Origin: an uncultured Trueperaceae bacterium
GTDB taxonomy: Bacteria; Deinococcota; Deinococci; Deinococcales; Trueperaceae
NCBI GenBank assembly: GCA_963727505.1
Contig: CAVSGP010000009.1
Location: 512,001 to 576,000, forward strand
Length of the DNA stretch: 64,000 nt
Reading direction: 5' to 3'
Numbering within the stretch: position 1 is the first letter of the stretch; each line of letters starts with the position of its first letter. The position numbers and the translations under genes are program-made. The notes beneath the pieces were generated by a model. The model was not told the DNA's origin, ran no database searches, and saw only the letters and a program-made list of their open reading frames with translations. Positions 1-9,873 of this stretch are shown piece by piece.

Positions 1-10
1 CCCCCGACGG

Positions 11-46
11 CCGGCCCGATCCCCGGCCTGATCCCCGGCCCGATCT
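11..46. repeat. 12-bp tandem repeat x3 (CCGGCC[C/T]GATCC)
   Basis: ccggcccgatcc / ccggcctgatcc / ccggcccgatct read directly. Confidence 0.8.
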
Positions 47-135
47 TCATGGTGCGGTACGGTGGGCCCCGCCGCCGCCGGAGCGTTTCGGAGAACGCCG
101 AGCGCGCCGCGCACGTGCGAGCGGAAGGGATCGGC

Positions 136-1623
136 ATGTGTGGCATCGTGGGAAGCTGGGATGCGGGGGACCGCAGGGAACGACTCCGCGAGATCGAGCG
201 CCGCGTTGAGCTGCTGCGCCATCGCGGGCCCGACGGAACAGGGATGCGCGCCGGCCCCCGCGCCGCGCTCGGCCACGCGCGGCTCGCCATCATGGATCCG
301 GAGCACGGCGTGCAGCCGCACGTGTCCGAGGACGGTCGGGCCGCGCTCGTCGCCAACGGGGAGATCTACAACCAGCGAATGCTGCGTGAGGACCTCGGCG
401 GACACCGTTTCGAGAGCCATAGCGACACCGAGGTGGCGTTGCACTTGCTGGAGGACGGTGGGGCCCGAGCGGTCCCGAGCCTCGACGGCATGTTCGCGCT
501 GGCCTACGACCGTGGTGACGAGCTGCTCCTGGCCCGCGATCCGCTGGGCGTGAAGCCGCTCTACCTCGCGGATGCCGGTGGCGGAGCGGTGCGCTTCGCC
601 TCGGAGATGAAGGCCCTGCAGGACGCACCAGGGCCCATCCGCGAGGTGCCTCCCGGATGCACCTGGAGCAGTGCCGAGGGGCTCCAACGCTACTACCGCG
701 TCCCGGACGCCGACGGTGACCTCGCCGACCCCGAGGCAGCCGTCCGAGCCGTGCGCTCCGCTCTCGAACGTGCGGTCCGGAAACGCCTCATGAGCGACGT
801 GCCGCTCGGCGCCTTCCTCTCCGGTGGACTCGACTCCAGCGCCATCGCGGCCCTGGCGGTGCGCGCGATGGGCGCGTTGCACACCTTCTCGGTCGGCGTC
901 GAGGGCTCGGAGGATCTGGAGGCCGCCCGCGAGGTAGCCCGGCACCTGGGCACGGTTCACCACGAGCGGGTGTTCCGCGCCGAGGACGTCGAGGCCGGGC
1001 TCGAGCGTCTCCTGTTCTCCCTGGAGAGCTTCGACCGGGACCTGGTCCGCAGTGCCGTGCCGACCTCCTTCACCGCCGAGCTCGCCGCAGAGCACGTCAA
1101 GGTCGTGCTGACCGGCGAGGGTGCGGACGAGCTCTTCGCCGGCTACGCCTACTTGCGGATGCTGTCGGGATCGTCCCTGGCAGGCGAGCTGCGGCGCAGC
1201 CTCGAGGGCATGCACAACCTCAACTTGCAGCGGGTGGACCGGCTCACCATGGCACACGGGCTGGAGGCCCGGGTCCCCTTCCTCGATCCCGAGATGGTTG
1301 CGCTGGCGCAGCGGATCCCACCGGAGCTGAAGCTCGCGGATCGAGGCGGGCGCCGCATCGAGAAGTGGGTGTTGCGCCGGGCGGTGGAGGACCTGCTACC
1401 AGCCAGCGTGGTGTGGCGCGACAAGGCGCAGTTCGACGAGGGCTCGGGCGCCGCCGATCTCCTGGCAGCGCGCGGCAGCGGGGGACCGGCCCCCGCGCGG
1501 CGCCTGGGCGTCCAACCGCGTTCGGTGGAGGAGGCCCGCTACCTCGAGATCTTCGCCTCGCTGTTCGCGCGCCCCGAGGCCATGATCCCCAACGTGGGCC
1601 GCTGGGTATCATCGGCGGCATGA
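136..1623 (+). CDS. asnB: asparagine synthase (glutamine-hydrolysing) family amidotransferase
   Basis: N-terminal MCGI Ntn motif, HRGPD, NGEIYN, RDPLGVKPLY, LSGGLDSS, GEGADELF, EARVPFLD; start set at ATG 136. Confidence 0.9.
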   Translation: MCGIVGSWDAGDRRERLREIERRVELLRHRGPDGTGMRAGPRAALGHARLAIMDPEHGVQPHVSEDGRAALVANGEIYNQRMLREDLGGHRFESHSDTEVALHLLEDGGARAVPSLDGMFALAYDRGDELLLARDPLGVKPLYLADAGGGAVRFASEMKALQDAPGPIREVPPGCTWSSAEGLQRYYRVPDADGDLADPEAAVRAVRSALERAVRKRLMSDVPLGAFLSGGLDSSAIAALAVRAMGALHTFSVGVEGSEDLEAAREVARHLGTVHHERVFRAEDVEAGLERLLFSLESFDRDLVRSAVPTSFTAELAAEHVKVVLTGEGADELFAGYAYLRMLSGSSLAGELRRSLEGMHNLNLQRVDRLTMAHGLEARVPFLDPEMVALAQRIPPELKLADRGGRRIEKWVLRRAVEDLLPASVVWRDKAQFDEGSGAADLLAARGSGGPAPARRLGVQPRSVEEARYLEIFASLFARPEAMIPNVGRWVSSAA

Positions 1624-2363
1624 CCGACCTGCTTCTGATCGTCCCCCATCCCGACGACGAGGTCTTCGGCTGCGGCGCGCTCTTCGCCCGCATGGCCGCG
1701 CACGGACGCAGCGTCGCCACCCTGACGCTGACACGCGGGAGGGCCGGGCGGTCGCTGGAGCTGTGCGCCCGCGAGGACCTCCCCGAGGTGCGCGAAGCGG
1801 AGCTCCGAGCGTCGCTGGCGGCGTTGGGGGTCGAGGACGTCACCGTTTTCGACTACCCCGACTTCGTCCCCGACGCCGATCGCGGCATCCCGCCACATCC
1901 GGGGCTGCAGTCGCTCGATCAGGACGAGATCGTGTCCCGCGTGGCGCAGGTGATCGAACGTACTCGTCCGCGAGCGGTCCTGACGTTCCCTCCCAACGGC
2001 AGCAACGGTCACCCGGATCACGTGACCGCGCACCGGCTGACGTGGAGGGCCATCGATGCCGCGCCCGTCTCGGTCGGGCAGGTGTACTACTTCGCAAGCG
2101 ACCGCGCCTACGACGGCCCGGCGCGCCCCGGATTTCTCGATCCGGACGTCATCCGTGCCGGCCACCTGGGGCCGACGCATGTGGTCGAGGCGGGGGCCTT
2201 CCTGGAACCCAAGCTGCGCGCCATGGCCCAGCACCGCACGCAGGCGCTGTCGGTGCTCAACTTCATCGCGCGATTCACCCGGCGCCTGTCGGTCGAGGGA
2301 TTCCACCGCGCCCGTCCCGAGGTCGCCGAGGGCGAGGGCCCGCGTACGGTGCCCTGGCTCTGA
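1620..2363 (+). CDS. PIG-L/LmbE family deacetylase (BshB/MshB-like)
   Basis: PHPDDE and GHPDH motifs, KLRAMAQHRTQ; ATGA overlap with the asnB stop. Confidence 0.9.
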   Translation: MTDLLLIVPHPDDEVFGCGALFARMAAHGRSVATLTLTRGRAGRSLELCAREDLPEVREAELRASLAALGVEDVTVFDYPDFVPDADRGIPPHPGLQSLDQDEIVSRVAQVIERTRPRAVLTFPPNGSNGHPDHVTAHRLTWRAIDAAPVSVGQVYYFASDRAYDGPARPGFLDPDVIRAGHLGPTHVVEAGAFLEPKLRAMAQHRTQALSVLNFIARFTRRLSVEGFHRARPEVAEGEGPRTVPWL

Positions 2364-2488
2364 TCCTGCGACGCTGGCCCCGTGTCTCTGATCTGGCGGC
2401 TCTGATCCCGCGGCTCGGCCCCCAACGGAGCGGCCGCTGTGCGGTGTTTATCATCGCCCAGCACGCAAGCCCGTGGTAGCGTGAAATC

Positions 2489-3904
2489 GTGATGTTTCGC
2501 AGGTCGCGTTCGGTCGACCTCGAGCCCGCGCAACGGGCGCTGGCCGAGGGACAGTACGACGTGGCCTTCGCTCTGCTGGAGGATGCCGCGCGGCGACCCT
2601 CCGGGCGGGGGGCGCAGGGACAGTTCTGGCTGCATTTGGCAGCGGTCTACGCCCTCTACGCCGAGGAGGGCGTTGAAAACGGCATGCCGGCGCTCCGGCA
2701 GGCCGTCGCAGTCGACCCGAACCTGGCAGAACACCCGCTCTACCGCGCACTCTACTGGGAGTTTGCCGCCTACCGTGGAGGATCGGTGGGGGACGTCAAG
2801 CGCGGCGTGCGTCAGGTGCCTTCGGACGCCGATCCGGTGGCCGGCTACCATGCGGCCAGCGCCTTGCTCGGCGCCGGAGCGCCCAAGAGCGCCGCCAAGC
2901 GCCTTGCACAGCTCGACGACGACACCCTTCCGGCCTATCTGGTGTGGCGGCGCTGGTCGCTGACCGGCCAGTGCCGGGAGGCGCTGGGCGATTGGACGGG
3001 CGCGGCCTATGCCTTCGCCCGCGCCGTCGACCTGGCGCCGGAGGCCGAGCGCGAGCCCGAACGCCTCAGTCTGGCCGGCGCCCTGCTGGAGCTGGGGCAA
3101 GCGCAGGAAGCCCTGCGCGAGTTGGAGCGCGTCGACGAGACCGTGCTGCGCGGTGAGGAGCGCGGGGTGCAGCGCTACCTGGCGGGCCGCGCACAGCTGG
3201 ATAGCGGCAACCCCAATCGCGCGCTTGCCCTGCTACACGAAGCGCGTGCTCTGGACGGCGACGGGACGCCGGACCCCATCCAGGCCTTCCAGACCGCCCT
3301 GGGGCTGGCGCAGGCGCTGGTTGCGCTCAACCGCTACCCGGAGGCCAACCGTGCCTTCGGTGAGGCCCTCGAGGCGGCCCCGGCCGAGGACCGCCCCTAC
3401 GTACAGCATGAGGCCGCGTACGCACTCATCGAGAGTGAGGAGCTCACCGAGGCCGAGGAGATGCTTGGCGAGGTGGTGAGCGACCCCACCTACCCCCACC
3501 GCGCCGAGGCGCTGGCAGACCTGGCTGACATCCGCCTGAAGATGGGGGAGTTCGACACCGCCGAGCTGCTCGCCCGTCAGGCCCTCGAGATGGGGGCGAC
3601 GGCGGCCGCCTGCCTGTGCCTGGGTAATGTCGCGTACGAGTACTTCCGGCTCGACGACGCCATCAGCTGGTTCGAGCAGGCGGTTAGCGCCAGTCAACCC
3701 GGCGATCCCGTCTGGGTAGGTGCGCAACAGCTCCTCGCCGATGCCTGCGCCTGGCGAGGCGACGGCATGGCCGAGCGAGTACTCACCCATGCGCGTCTGG
3801 CCCTCGAACACACCGATTCCAGCAGCGAATGGTACCTCCCGCTGCGCCGGCATCTGCAGGCCGCCCAGGCGGCACTGGGTGGCAACGACCGGCTGCTCAA
3901 CTGA
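2489..3904 (+). CDS. tetratricopeptide repeat protein
   Basis: repeated helical A/L/G/Y TPR-like patterns over 471 aa; -10 TAGCGT 6 nt before the start. Confidence 0.8.
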   Translation: MMFRRSRSVDLEPAQRALAEGQYDVAFALLEDAARRPSGRGAQGQFWLHLAAVYALYAEEGVENGMPALRQAVAVDPNLAEHPLYRALYWEFAAYRGGSVGDVKRGVRQVPSDADPVAGYHAASALLGAGAPKSAAKRLAQLDDDTLPAYLVWRRWSLTGQCREALGDWTGAAYAFARAVDLAPEAEREPERLSLAGALLELGQAQEALRELERVDETVLRGEERGVQRYLAGRAQLDSGNPNRALALLHEARALDGDGTPDPIQAFQTALGLAQALVALNRYPEANRAFGEALEAAPAEDRPYVQHEAAYALIESEELTEAEEMLGEVVSDPTYPHRAEALADLADIRLKMGEFDTAELLARQALEMGATAAACLCLGNVAYEYFRLDDAISWFEQAVSASQPGDPVWVGAQQLLADACAWRGDGMAERVLTHARLALEHTDSSSEWYLPLRRHLQAAQAALGGNDRLLN

Positions 3905-3925
3905 AGCGGCGGGCGACGCGCAGCC

Positions 3926-5557
3926 GTGGAGGGACTGCTGCTGGCCGAGGCGCTGAGCCCGCTCGAAGGGCGTTTGCCGCTGCCGCGGGGAGCGTGGCGC
4001 TTCCCCGACGAGCGCACGGCGGTACTGCCGTTCAAGGGCGGCGATGAAGCGCTCCCGGCTGCTCTGTGGATCTTCAGCCGCCCCCCCACCCCGAGCCTGG
4101 CGTTGCGCTCGGAGATCCCCGCCGGCGCGCCCCGTACCCCGTTCCAGGAGCAGCTGACGGCGCGCGCAGCGGGAGCGCTGGCCGGCGTGCGACAACAGGG
4201 TCTCGACCGGGTGGTGGAACTCACCTTCGCTGCCACCGAGGGCTTCGTACCCCAGCCGCCGGTGACGCTGGTGGTGGAGCTCACGGGCCGAAACGCCAAC
4301 CTCGTGCTGTTGAGCGAGGAGCGCACCATCCTCGGAGTCGAGCGCATGGTACTGGCCGAGCGAAATCGCTACCGGGAACTGAAGCCGGGCCTGGCGTACC
4401 GGCCGCCGCCCCCGTACGACAAGCTCGACCCCCGCGGCGCTACGGAGGCGGACCTGCGCGAAGCGCTTCGCGACATCCGGCTGCGGGACGTGAAGGGGCG
4501 CCTCGACGGGTTCGGCCCGCGGCTCACCGCGGCCCTGGCGGCAGGTTGCGGGGTGGAGCAGGGCGAACGTCTGGAGGGGGACACCCTGAACCGCGTCGTG
4601 GCTGACGTGCGGGATCTGGCCGGGGACCCGTCGGCCTGGCTGCACCGGGCGGGGGGTTCGTCGGAGCTGGCGGCCGAGCGACGTCGGGACCGTCGGGAAC
4701 GGGCGATGGCCGTCGTTCGGGAGGCGTCGCGGCGCCGTCTGGAGCTGACCCGGCGGCGGCTCGACGACGCCGAGCGCGCCGAAGAACGGGCGGCGGAAGC
4801 CGAGGCGGTCCGCACGGAGGCCGACCTGCTCAGCGCCTACGGCGCAGGCGTGCCGGAGGGCGCGTCGCGTGTGACGCTGGAGGGTTTCGACGGTACCCAG
4901 CGCGAGCTCGCGCTCGACCCGAGCCTGGACGCCTTCGCGAATGCCCGCAAGCGCTATCAACGAGCCCGCCGCATCGAGGAGCGTGCCGAACGCGCGCGAC
5001 GCGAACGTCCGCGCCTCGACAGGGAACGGAAGCAGGCCGAGGCGGACCTCGTCGGGCTGGACGACCTGGCGGACGCGGCGCTCGTGCGGCGTGCCGACCA
5101 GCTCGGCGACGAGCACCGCAAGCGGCAGCGCGGCGCCGGGCCGGGCGTGCGTTTCCGGGATCCACACGGTTTCGAGGTGGTGGTCGGCCGCAACGCCCGC
5201 GAGAACGACGCCGTGACCTTCCGGGTCGCACGCAGCCGCGACCTGTGGCTGCACGTGCAGGGGTTCACGGGTTCCCACGTGGTGGTGCGCTCCGGAGGGC
5301 GTGAGCTGCCGTTCGAAACGGTGCTCTTCGCCGCCCGTCTGGCGGCCGGGTTCTCGCCCGCACGCCAATCCGACAACGTGCCCGTGGACTACACCCTGCG
5401 CAAGAACGTCTGGAAGGTCAAGGGCCAGCCTCCGGGCACGGTCCACTTCAGCCAGCAGAAGACCGTCTACGTCACGCCGACCCGCGGCGCCGCCGCAGCC
5501 TCCGGTGAGGCGGACAGGGGCCGCTCCGGCGGTAGCGAGAACCCGCCAGCCTCCTAG
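3926..5557 (+). CDS. rqcH: Rqc2/RqcH (NFACT, FbpA-like) ribosome quality control protein
   Basis: GLDRVVELTF, VELTGRNANLVL, LDGFGP HhH, coiled coil, C-terminal NFACT-R VGRNARENDAVT and WLHVQGFTGSHVV. Confidence 0.88.
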   Translation: MEGLLLAEALSPLEGRLPLPRGAWRFPDERTAVLPFKGGDEALPAALWIFSRPPTPSLALRSEIPAGAPRTPFQEQLTARAAGALAGVRQQGLDRVVELTFAATEGFVPQPPVTLVVELTGRNANLVLLSEERTILGVERMVLAERNRYRELKPGLAYRPPPPYDKLDPRGATEADLREALRDIRLRDVKGRLDGFGPRLTAALAAGCGVEQGERLEGDTLNRVVADVRDLAGDPSAWLHRAGGSSELAAERRRDRRERAMAVVREASRRRLELTRRRLDDAERAEERAAEAEAVRTEADLLSAYGAGVPEGASRVTLEGFDGTQRELALDPSLDAFANARKRYQRARRIEERAERARRERPRLDRERKQAEADLVGLDDLADAALVRRADQLGDEHRKRQRGAGPGVRFRDPHGFEVVVGRNARENDAVTFRVARSRDLWLHVQGFTGSHVVVRSGGRELPFETVLFAARLAAGFSPARQSDNVPVDYTLRKNVWKVKGQPPGTVHFSQQKTVYVTPTRGAAAASGEADRGRSGGSENPPAS

Positions 5558-5642
5558 GCGCGCGCATCTGGGAGACAGAACGCTCTACTCCGCGTCGTTT
5601 GTCGCCATCCGGCCAGGCGGGCGGGCCGGTAGACTGTGCGCC

Positions 5643-6833
5643 ATGCCCGCGCCCGCCCGACGTCCCCTGCTCGCTTCGGCGGGCATCCCCCTGCTGCTCA
5701 TCGCCGTCCACGCCACCAACGACGCCTTCTCGGCCATGCTGGCCGCGCTCCTGCCCACCCTGCAGGCCCGCTTCCACCTGACGGAGGCCATGCTGGCCGT
5801 GTTCGTGGCCACGCTATCGTTCAGCTCGGCGATGACGCAGCCGCTGTTCGGCGCGGTCGCCGACCGCGTCGGGCGCCGCACCATGGCGGCGCTGGGCATC
5901 GTCACCAGCACGGTGCTGCTCAGCCTCGTCGCGGTGGCACCGAGTCCGATCGCGCTGTTCCTTCTGCTGCTGCTGGGGGGCCTCGGCTCGGCGGCGTTCC
6001 ATCCCGCCGGGACCAGCCTCATGCGCATCCTCGGGGAGCGTTTCAAGGAGCTGGCGGTGGCCGTCTTCAGCAGCGGCGGGACGCTCGGGATGGCCTTCGG
6101 TCCGGTCGTCATCCTGCTCATGGCACGTACCGTCGGCCTGCGCTTCTCGCCGCTGCTGATGATCCCCGGCCTCGTGCTCGGGGTGCTCCTGCTCACCGTG
6201 CTGCCGCGCGTCGACGGCGTGAGACAGGCCCGACGGATCACGTTCCTCGACCCGAAGCTGGTCAGGAGCGCGGTGGGGGTGCTGAGTCTGGTCGGCATCC
6301 TGCGGAGCCTGGCCTTCGTGAGCTTCAACAACGCCATGCCGCTGTGGCTGGCCCATGTGCGGGGCTTCGCGCCGGACGCGCCGGTGATCTCCTGGACGTT
6401 GGCGGCCTTCGCCCTTTCCGGCGGGCTCGGCGGCATCGTGGCGGGAGCGCTGTCGGCGCGCTTGCCACGGAGGTCGTTGATCGTCGCCAGCATGCTGGTG
6501 GCGCTGCCCGCCCTGCTGGCCGTCCTGGTCGTGGCGCCCGGTAGCCCCGGGTACTTCCTGCTCGTGATCCTGGCCGGCGCCAGCGCCAACGCCTCGGTGC
6601 CGTTGCTCATCGTCAGCGCCCAGGACCTGGCGCCCGGATCGATGGGAGCCGCCACCGGCATGTTGATGGGTTTCACCTGGGGGACCGCCGGCGTGCTCTA
6701 CATGCTGGAGGGGGTGCTCCAGCAGTTCCTGGGGCTCACCCCTGCGATGATCATCGCCTTCCTGGGGTTGGTGCCGGCCGCTCTGCTCGCTTTCGCCGTT
6801 CTGTCGCGCCACCGCGACGTGGTGGTCGCCTGA
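5643..6833 (+). CDS. MFS transporter (Fsr-like)
   Basis: about 12 hydrophobic segments, QPLFGAVADRVGRR motif A, GLGSAAFHPAG. Confidence 0.88.
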   Translation: MPAPARRPLLASAGIPLLLIAVHATNDAFSAMLAALLPTLQARFHLTEAMLAVFVATLSFSSAMTQPLFGAVADRVGRRTMAALGIVTSTVLLSLVAVAPSPIALFLLLLLGGLGSAAFHPAGTSLMRILGERFKELAVAVFSSGGTLGMAFGPVVILLMARTVGLRFSPLLMIPGLVLGVLLLTVLPRVDGVRQARRITFLDPKLVRSAVGVLSLVGILRSLAFVSFNNAMPLWLAHVRGFAPDAPVISWTLAAFALSGGLGGIVAGALSARLPRRSLIVASMLVALPALLAVLVVAPGSPGYFLLVILAGASANASVPLLIVSAQDLAPGSMGAATGMLMGFTWGTAGVLYMLEGVLQQFLGLTPAMIIAFLGLVPAALLAFAVLSRHRDVVVA

Positions 6834-6845
6834 GCGCGCGCCTGC

Positions 6846-7766
6846 TCAGGCGCGCCCCCCCGACTGGAACAGCTCGATACGATCGCGCACCAGCGCGCGC
6901 ATCTCGTCGCGTGCGGGCCCCAGGATCTTACGCGGGTCGAACTCGCCCGGCCGGTCGCGCAGGATCTCCCGCACACGGGCGGTGAACGCCAGGCGCAGGT
7001 CGGTATCGGTATTGATCTTGGCGATGCCCTCGGTGACCGCCTGCCGGATGTCGTCGGGGTGGATGCCGCTGGCGTCGGCGAGGGAGCCTCCCGCGGCGTT
7101 GAAGCGCTCCACCAGCGGCGCGGGCACGCCGCTGGCGCCATGCATCACCAGCGGCTGCGGGATACGCTGTGCGATCTCGCGGATCCGCTCGTGATCGATG
7201 TAGGGGCGCCCCTTGCCCTTGCTCGCGCCGTGGGAGGTGCCGATGGCGATCGCCAGGTAGTCGGCGCCGGTGGCGTTCACGAAGCGCTCGGCCTCGTCTG
7301 GCTGCGTGAGGAAGGCGTCCTCGGCGCTCACGACCACGTGCTCCTCGACGCCGCCCAGCCGACCGATCTCGGCCTCCACGGTTACCCCGACCGCGTGGGC
7401 GGCCTCGACCACCCGGGAGGTCTCGGCGATGTTGGTGGCCTCCGCCTCGTGCGACATGTCGATCATGACGGAGGTGAAGCCGGCCCGGATGGCGCGAAGG
7501 CAGGACCCGTAGGACGAGCCGTGGTCGAGGTGGAGCGCGACCGGGATGCTGGCCTGGCCGGCCATCGTGGTGACCAGATCGACCAGGGCGCGCCCCCCGT
7601 AGGACAGTCCGCCCTCTGAGAGGGCGACCAGGACAGGGCTGTGTGCCTCCTCGGCCGCCTCCAGGATCGCCTGGGTGATCTCCATGTCGTTGGTGTTGAA
7701 GGCGCCGACGCCGTAACCGTGCTCGCGTGCGGCAGCGAGGATCTCGAGTCCAGTGACCAAAGGCAT
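6846..7766 (-). CDS. fba: class II fructose-1,6-bisphosphate aldolase
   Basis: LHLDHG, SVMIDMS, VEAEIG, AIGTSHG, VMHGASG, KINTDT, FDPRK. Confidence 0.95.
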   Translation of the reverse strand: MPLVTGLEILAAAREHGYGVGAFNTNDMEITQAILEAAEEAHSPVLVALSEGGLSYGGRALVDLVTTMAGQASIPVALHLDHGSSYGSCLRAIRAGFTSVMIDMSHEAEATNIAETSRVVEAAHAVGVTVEAEIGRLGGVEEHVVVSAEDAFLTQPDEAERFVNATGADYLAIAIGTSHGASKGKGRPYIDHERIREIAQRIPQPLVMHGASGVPAPLVERFNAAGGSLADASGIHPDDIRQAVTEGIAKINTDTDLRLAFTARVREILRDRPGEFDPRKILGPARDEMRALVRDRIELFQSGGRA

Positions 7767-7823
7767 GGCCGGAGTATACCTCGATGGGGTGCAGGGCCCG
7801 TCCAGGACGGTGATCGAGAGGGT

Positions 7824-8198
7824 CTATCCGTGGTCGGGCGGTGGTGGGTCGTCCCCGTTGCGCTCGGCCCCGGACGTCTCGTCGTTCCCGCTTCTCGCTT
7901 CGGTGCCCGGGTCGCTGCCCGCCGCGCTGCCGCGCTCCGGGGGAACGGGTGCGGTGCGACCGCTGACCACGCCGCCGAGCGCCGCCAGCACGACCGCCGG
8001 CAGGATGGTAGCGACGTTGCGGTTCGACACGATGAGCAGGCCGATCAGGAGTAGCAACGACGAGCCCCAGCGACCGGCCATGCGTCGGCCACGCCCCATC
8101 GTCGGGTCGGGACGGAACGCCAGCAGGTGGCCGGTGAGGAAGGCCAGGCCCAACACGATGAAGTAGCCCCACAGGGGGACGGCGCTCAGGAAGCTCAC
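7824..8198 (-). CDS. hypothetical membrane protein (3 TM, 124 aa)
   Basis: GTG start overlaps the mqnB stop (GTGA); three hydrophobic helices then a polar tail. Confidence 0.65.
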   Translation of the reverse strand: MSFLSAVPLWGYFIVLGLAFLTGHLLAFRPDPTMGRGRRMAGRWGSSLLLLIGLLIVSNRNVATILPAVVLAALGGVVSGRTAPVPPERGSAAGSDPGTEARSGNDETSGAERNGDDPPPPDHG

Positions 8199-8908
8199 GC
8201 CACCGCCCCCAGCGAGGGGAGCGCCACCAGCAGCGCCTCGGTCGATGCGCGGACGGCGCGCGGAACGTCCCAGGCGCGCCGGTCGCGCTCGCCGACGATG
8301 TTGCTCACGCCACGAAGCTCGGCGAAGGGCACGCCCAGCGCCAGACACACCTGGGCGGCCGCCGCGCCCTCCATCGACTCGATGGCGACGTCGAAGCGGC
8401 GCTGCAGGTGCTCGGCGGCGTCGAGCGTGGCACTGACGCGCTCGGAGGTAGCGAAGCGCAGCAACGGTGCTCGCGAGGGTGCGGCAAGTCGTTCGCTGAG
8501 CGCGGCGTCGGTGGGCATCTCGTTGAAGCGTGGGGGAGGCCCTTCGAGCAGCGGGAAGCCCAGGCTCTCCATCGACTGCCAGGCGTCCCCCTCGCCGGCG
8601 CCGCAGTCGACATGCACGTCGATCGTCGCTACCGCGACCATGCCGATGCTCAGGAAGCTCCCCACGAACGCGCCACCGATGCCGACCTGCACCACGGCGC
8701 GCGGTCGCCAGCGCTCGACCGCCAGCGCGAGGCCGGCGGCGGTGTTGGCCTTACCGACGCCCGCAACCGCCACCACGAGCTCGCTGTCGTGCAGGCGTCC
8801 TTGCCAGGCAGGCCCCCATGCGAACGGCGCGCTCGCGCCGTCGATCGCGTCGACGAGGGACTGGGCCTCCAGCACCGTGGCGCTGATCAGCAGGATCGGT
8901 GCGCTCAT
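8195..8908 (-). CDS. mqnB: futalosine hydrolase (PNP/MTA nucleosidase fold)
   Basis: GVGKANTAA, VGIGGAF, ESMEGAAAAQ, ELRGVSNIVGERDRRAW. Confidence 0.85.
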   Translation of the reverse strand: MSAPILLISATVLEAQSLVDAIDGASAPFAWGPAWQGRLHDSELVVAVAGVGKANTAAGLALAVERWRPRAVVQVGIGGAFVGSFLSIGMVAVATIDVHVDCGAGEGDAWQSMESLGFPLLEGPPPRFNEMPTDAALSERLAAPSRAPLLRFATSERVSATLDAAEHLQRRFDVAIESMEGAAAAQVCLALGVPFAELRGVSNIVGERDRRAWDVPRAVRASTEALLVALPSLGAVA

Positions 8909-8940
8909 GGCTACCTCCGAGGGTGTGCTGGGGACGGGGA

Positions 8941-9873
8941 TCAGGCGGCCTTCGCCGGCATGTCGAGCAGCGCACGCACGAAGGCGGCCGCGTCGTAGGG
9001 CTGCAGGTCCTCGGCACGCTCGCCCACCCCGACGAACTTGATGGGGAGGCCGAGCTCGCGGGAGATTCTCAGCAGGATGCCTCCCTTGCCGGTGCCGTCG
9101 AGCTTGGTGACGATCACGCCGGTGACCCCCACCGCTTCATGGAACTTGCGGGCCTGCTCGAGGCCGTTCTGACCCGTCACCGCGTCCAGCACCAGCCACA
9201 CCTCGCTGGGTTCGCCGGGATCGGCCTTGCCGATGACGCGCTTGACCTTGCGGAGCTCCTCCATGAGGTTGTGCTGGGTGTGGAGGCGTCCCGCGGTGTC
9301 GACGAAAAGCAGGTCCAAGCCGCGCGCTGCGCGCGACTGCGCGGCGTCGAAGGCCACCGCACCCGGATCGCTGCCATCCGGCCCGGTCACCGTGGGGATG
9401 TCCAGGCGCTCGCCCCACACCGCGAGCTGGGCGCTGCCCGCGGCCCGGAAGGTGTCACCGGCAGCGAACATGATCGACCGGCCGTACCCCTGGTAGTACT
9501 GGCCGAGCTTGGCGATGGTGGTGGTCTTGCCGACGCCGTTGACGCCGACCATCATCACCACCGAGCCGCGCGCCTCGACGGCGTTGCGCTTCACGTCCAG
9601 GTCGAAGCCTACCCGGCGCAGCTTCTGGCGCAAACGGTCGGGCTCGAGCTGATCCATCAGCGCCTTCTCCAGGGCCTCCCGGAAGGGCGTCCCGCGGTCG
9701 CGTTCGGCGCGTGCATCCGCCACCACCTCGGCAGAGAGCTTGGCCCCGACGTCGGCGCCGATGAGTGCGAACTCGAGGTCGTCCCAATCCATCTCCCAGT
9801 TCGCGCCGGCGTCGGCGGTGAGCACGTCACGGGTGCGGGAGAGCCCCTGGCGCAACCGGTCGAACCAGCTCAT
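8941..9873 (-). CDS. ftsY: signal recognition particle receptor FtsY (NG domain only)
   Basis: MSWFDRLRQGL, GVNGVGKTTT, DTFRAA, DTAGR, TKLDGTGKGG. Confidence 0.95.
   Translation of the reverse strand: MSWFDRLRQGLSRTRDVLTADAGANWEMDWDDLEFALIGADVGAKLSAEVVADARAERDRGTPFREALEKALMDQLEPDRLRQKLRRVGFDLDVKRNAVEARGSVVMMVGVNGVGKTTTIAKLGQYYQGYGRSIMFAAGDTFRAAGSAQLAVWGERLDIPTVTGPDGSDPGAVAFDAAQSRAARGLDLLFVDTAGRLHTQHNLMEELRKVKRVIGKADPGEPSEVWLVLDAVTGQNGLEQARKFHEAVGVTGVIVTKLDGTGKGGILLRISRELGLPIKFVGVGERAEDLQPYDAAAFVRALLDMPAKAA

Noticed and set aside
3233..5446. 737-aa minus-strand ORF, and similar long antisense ORFs at 10248-12377, 25639-27507, 59501-61417 and 61756-63387
   Set aside because: They are antisense shadows of well-supported genes, expected at this GC content, and carry no family motifs.
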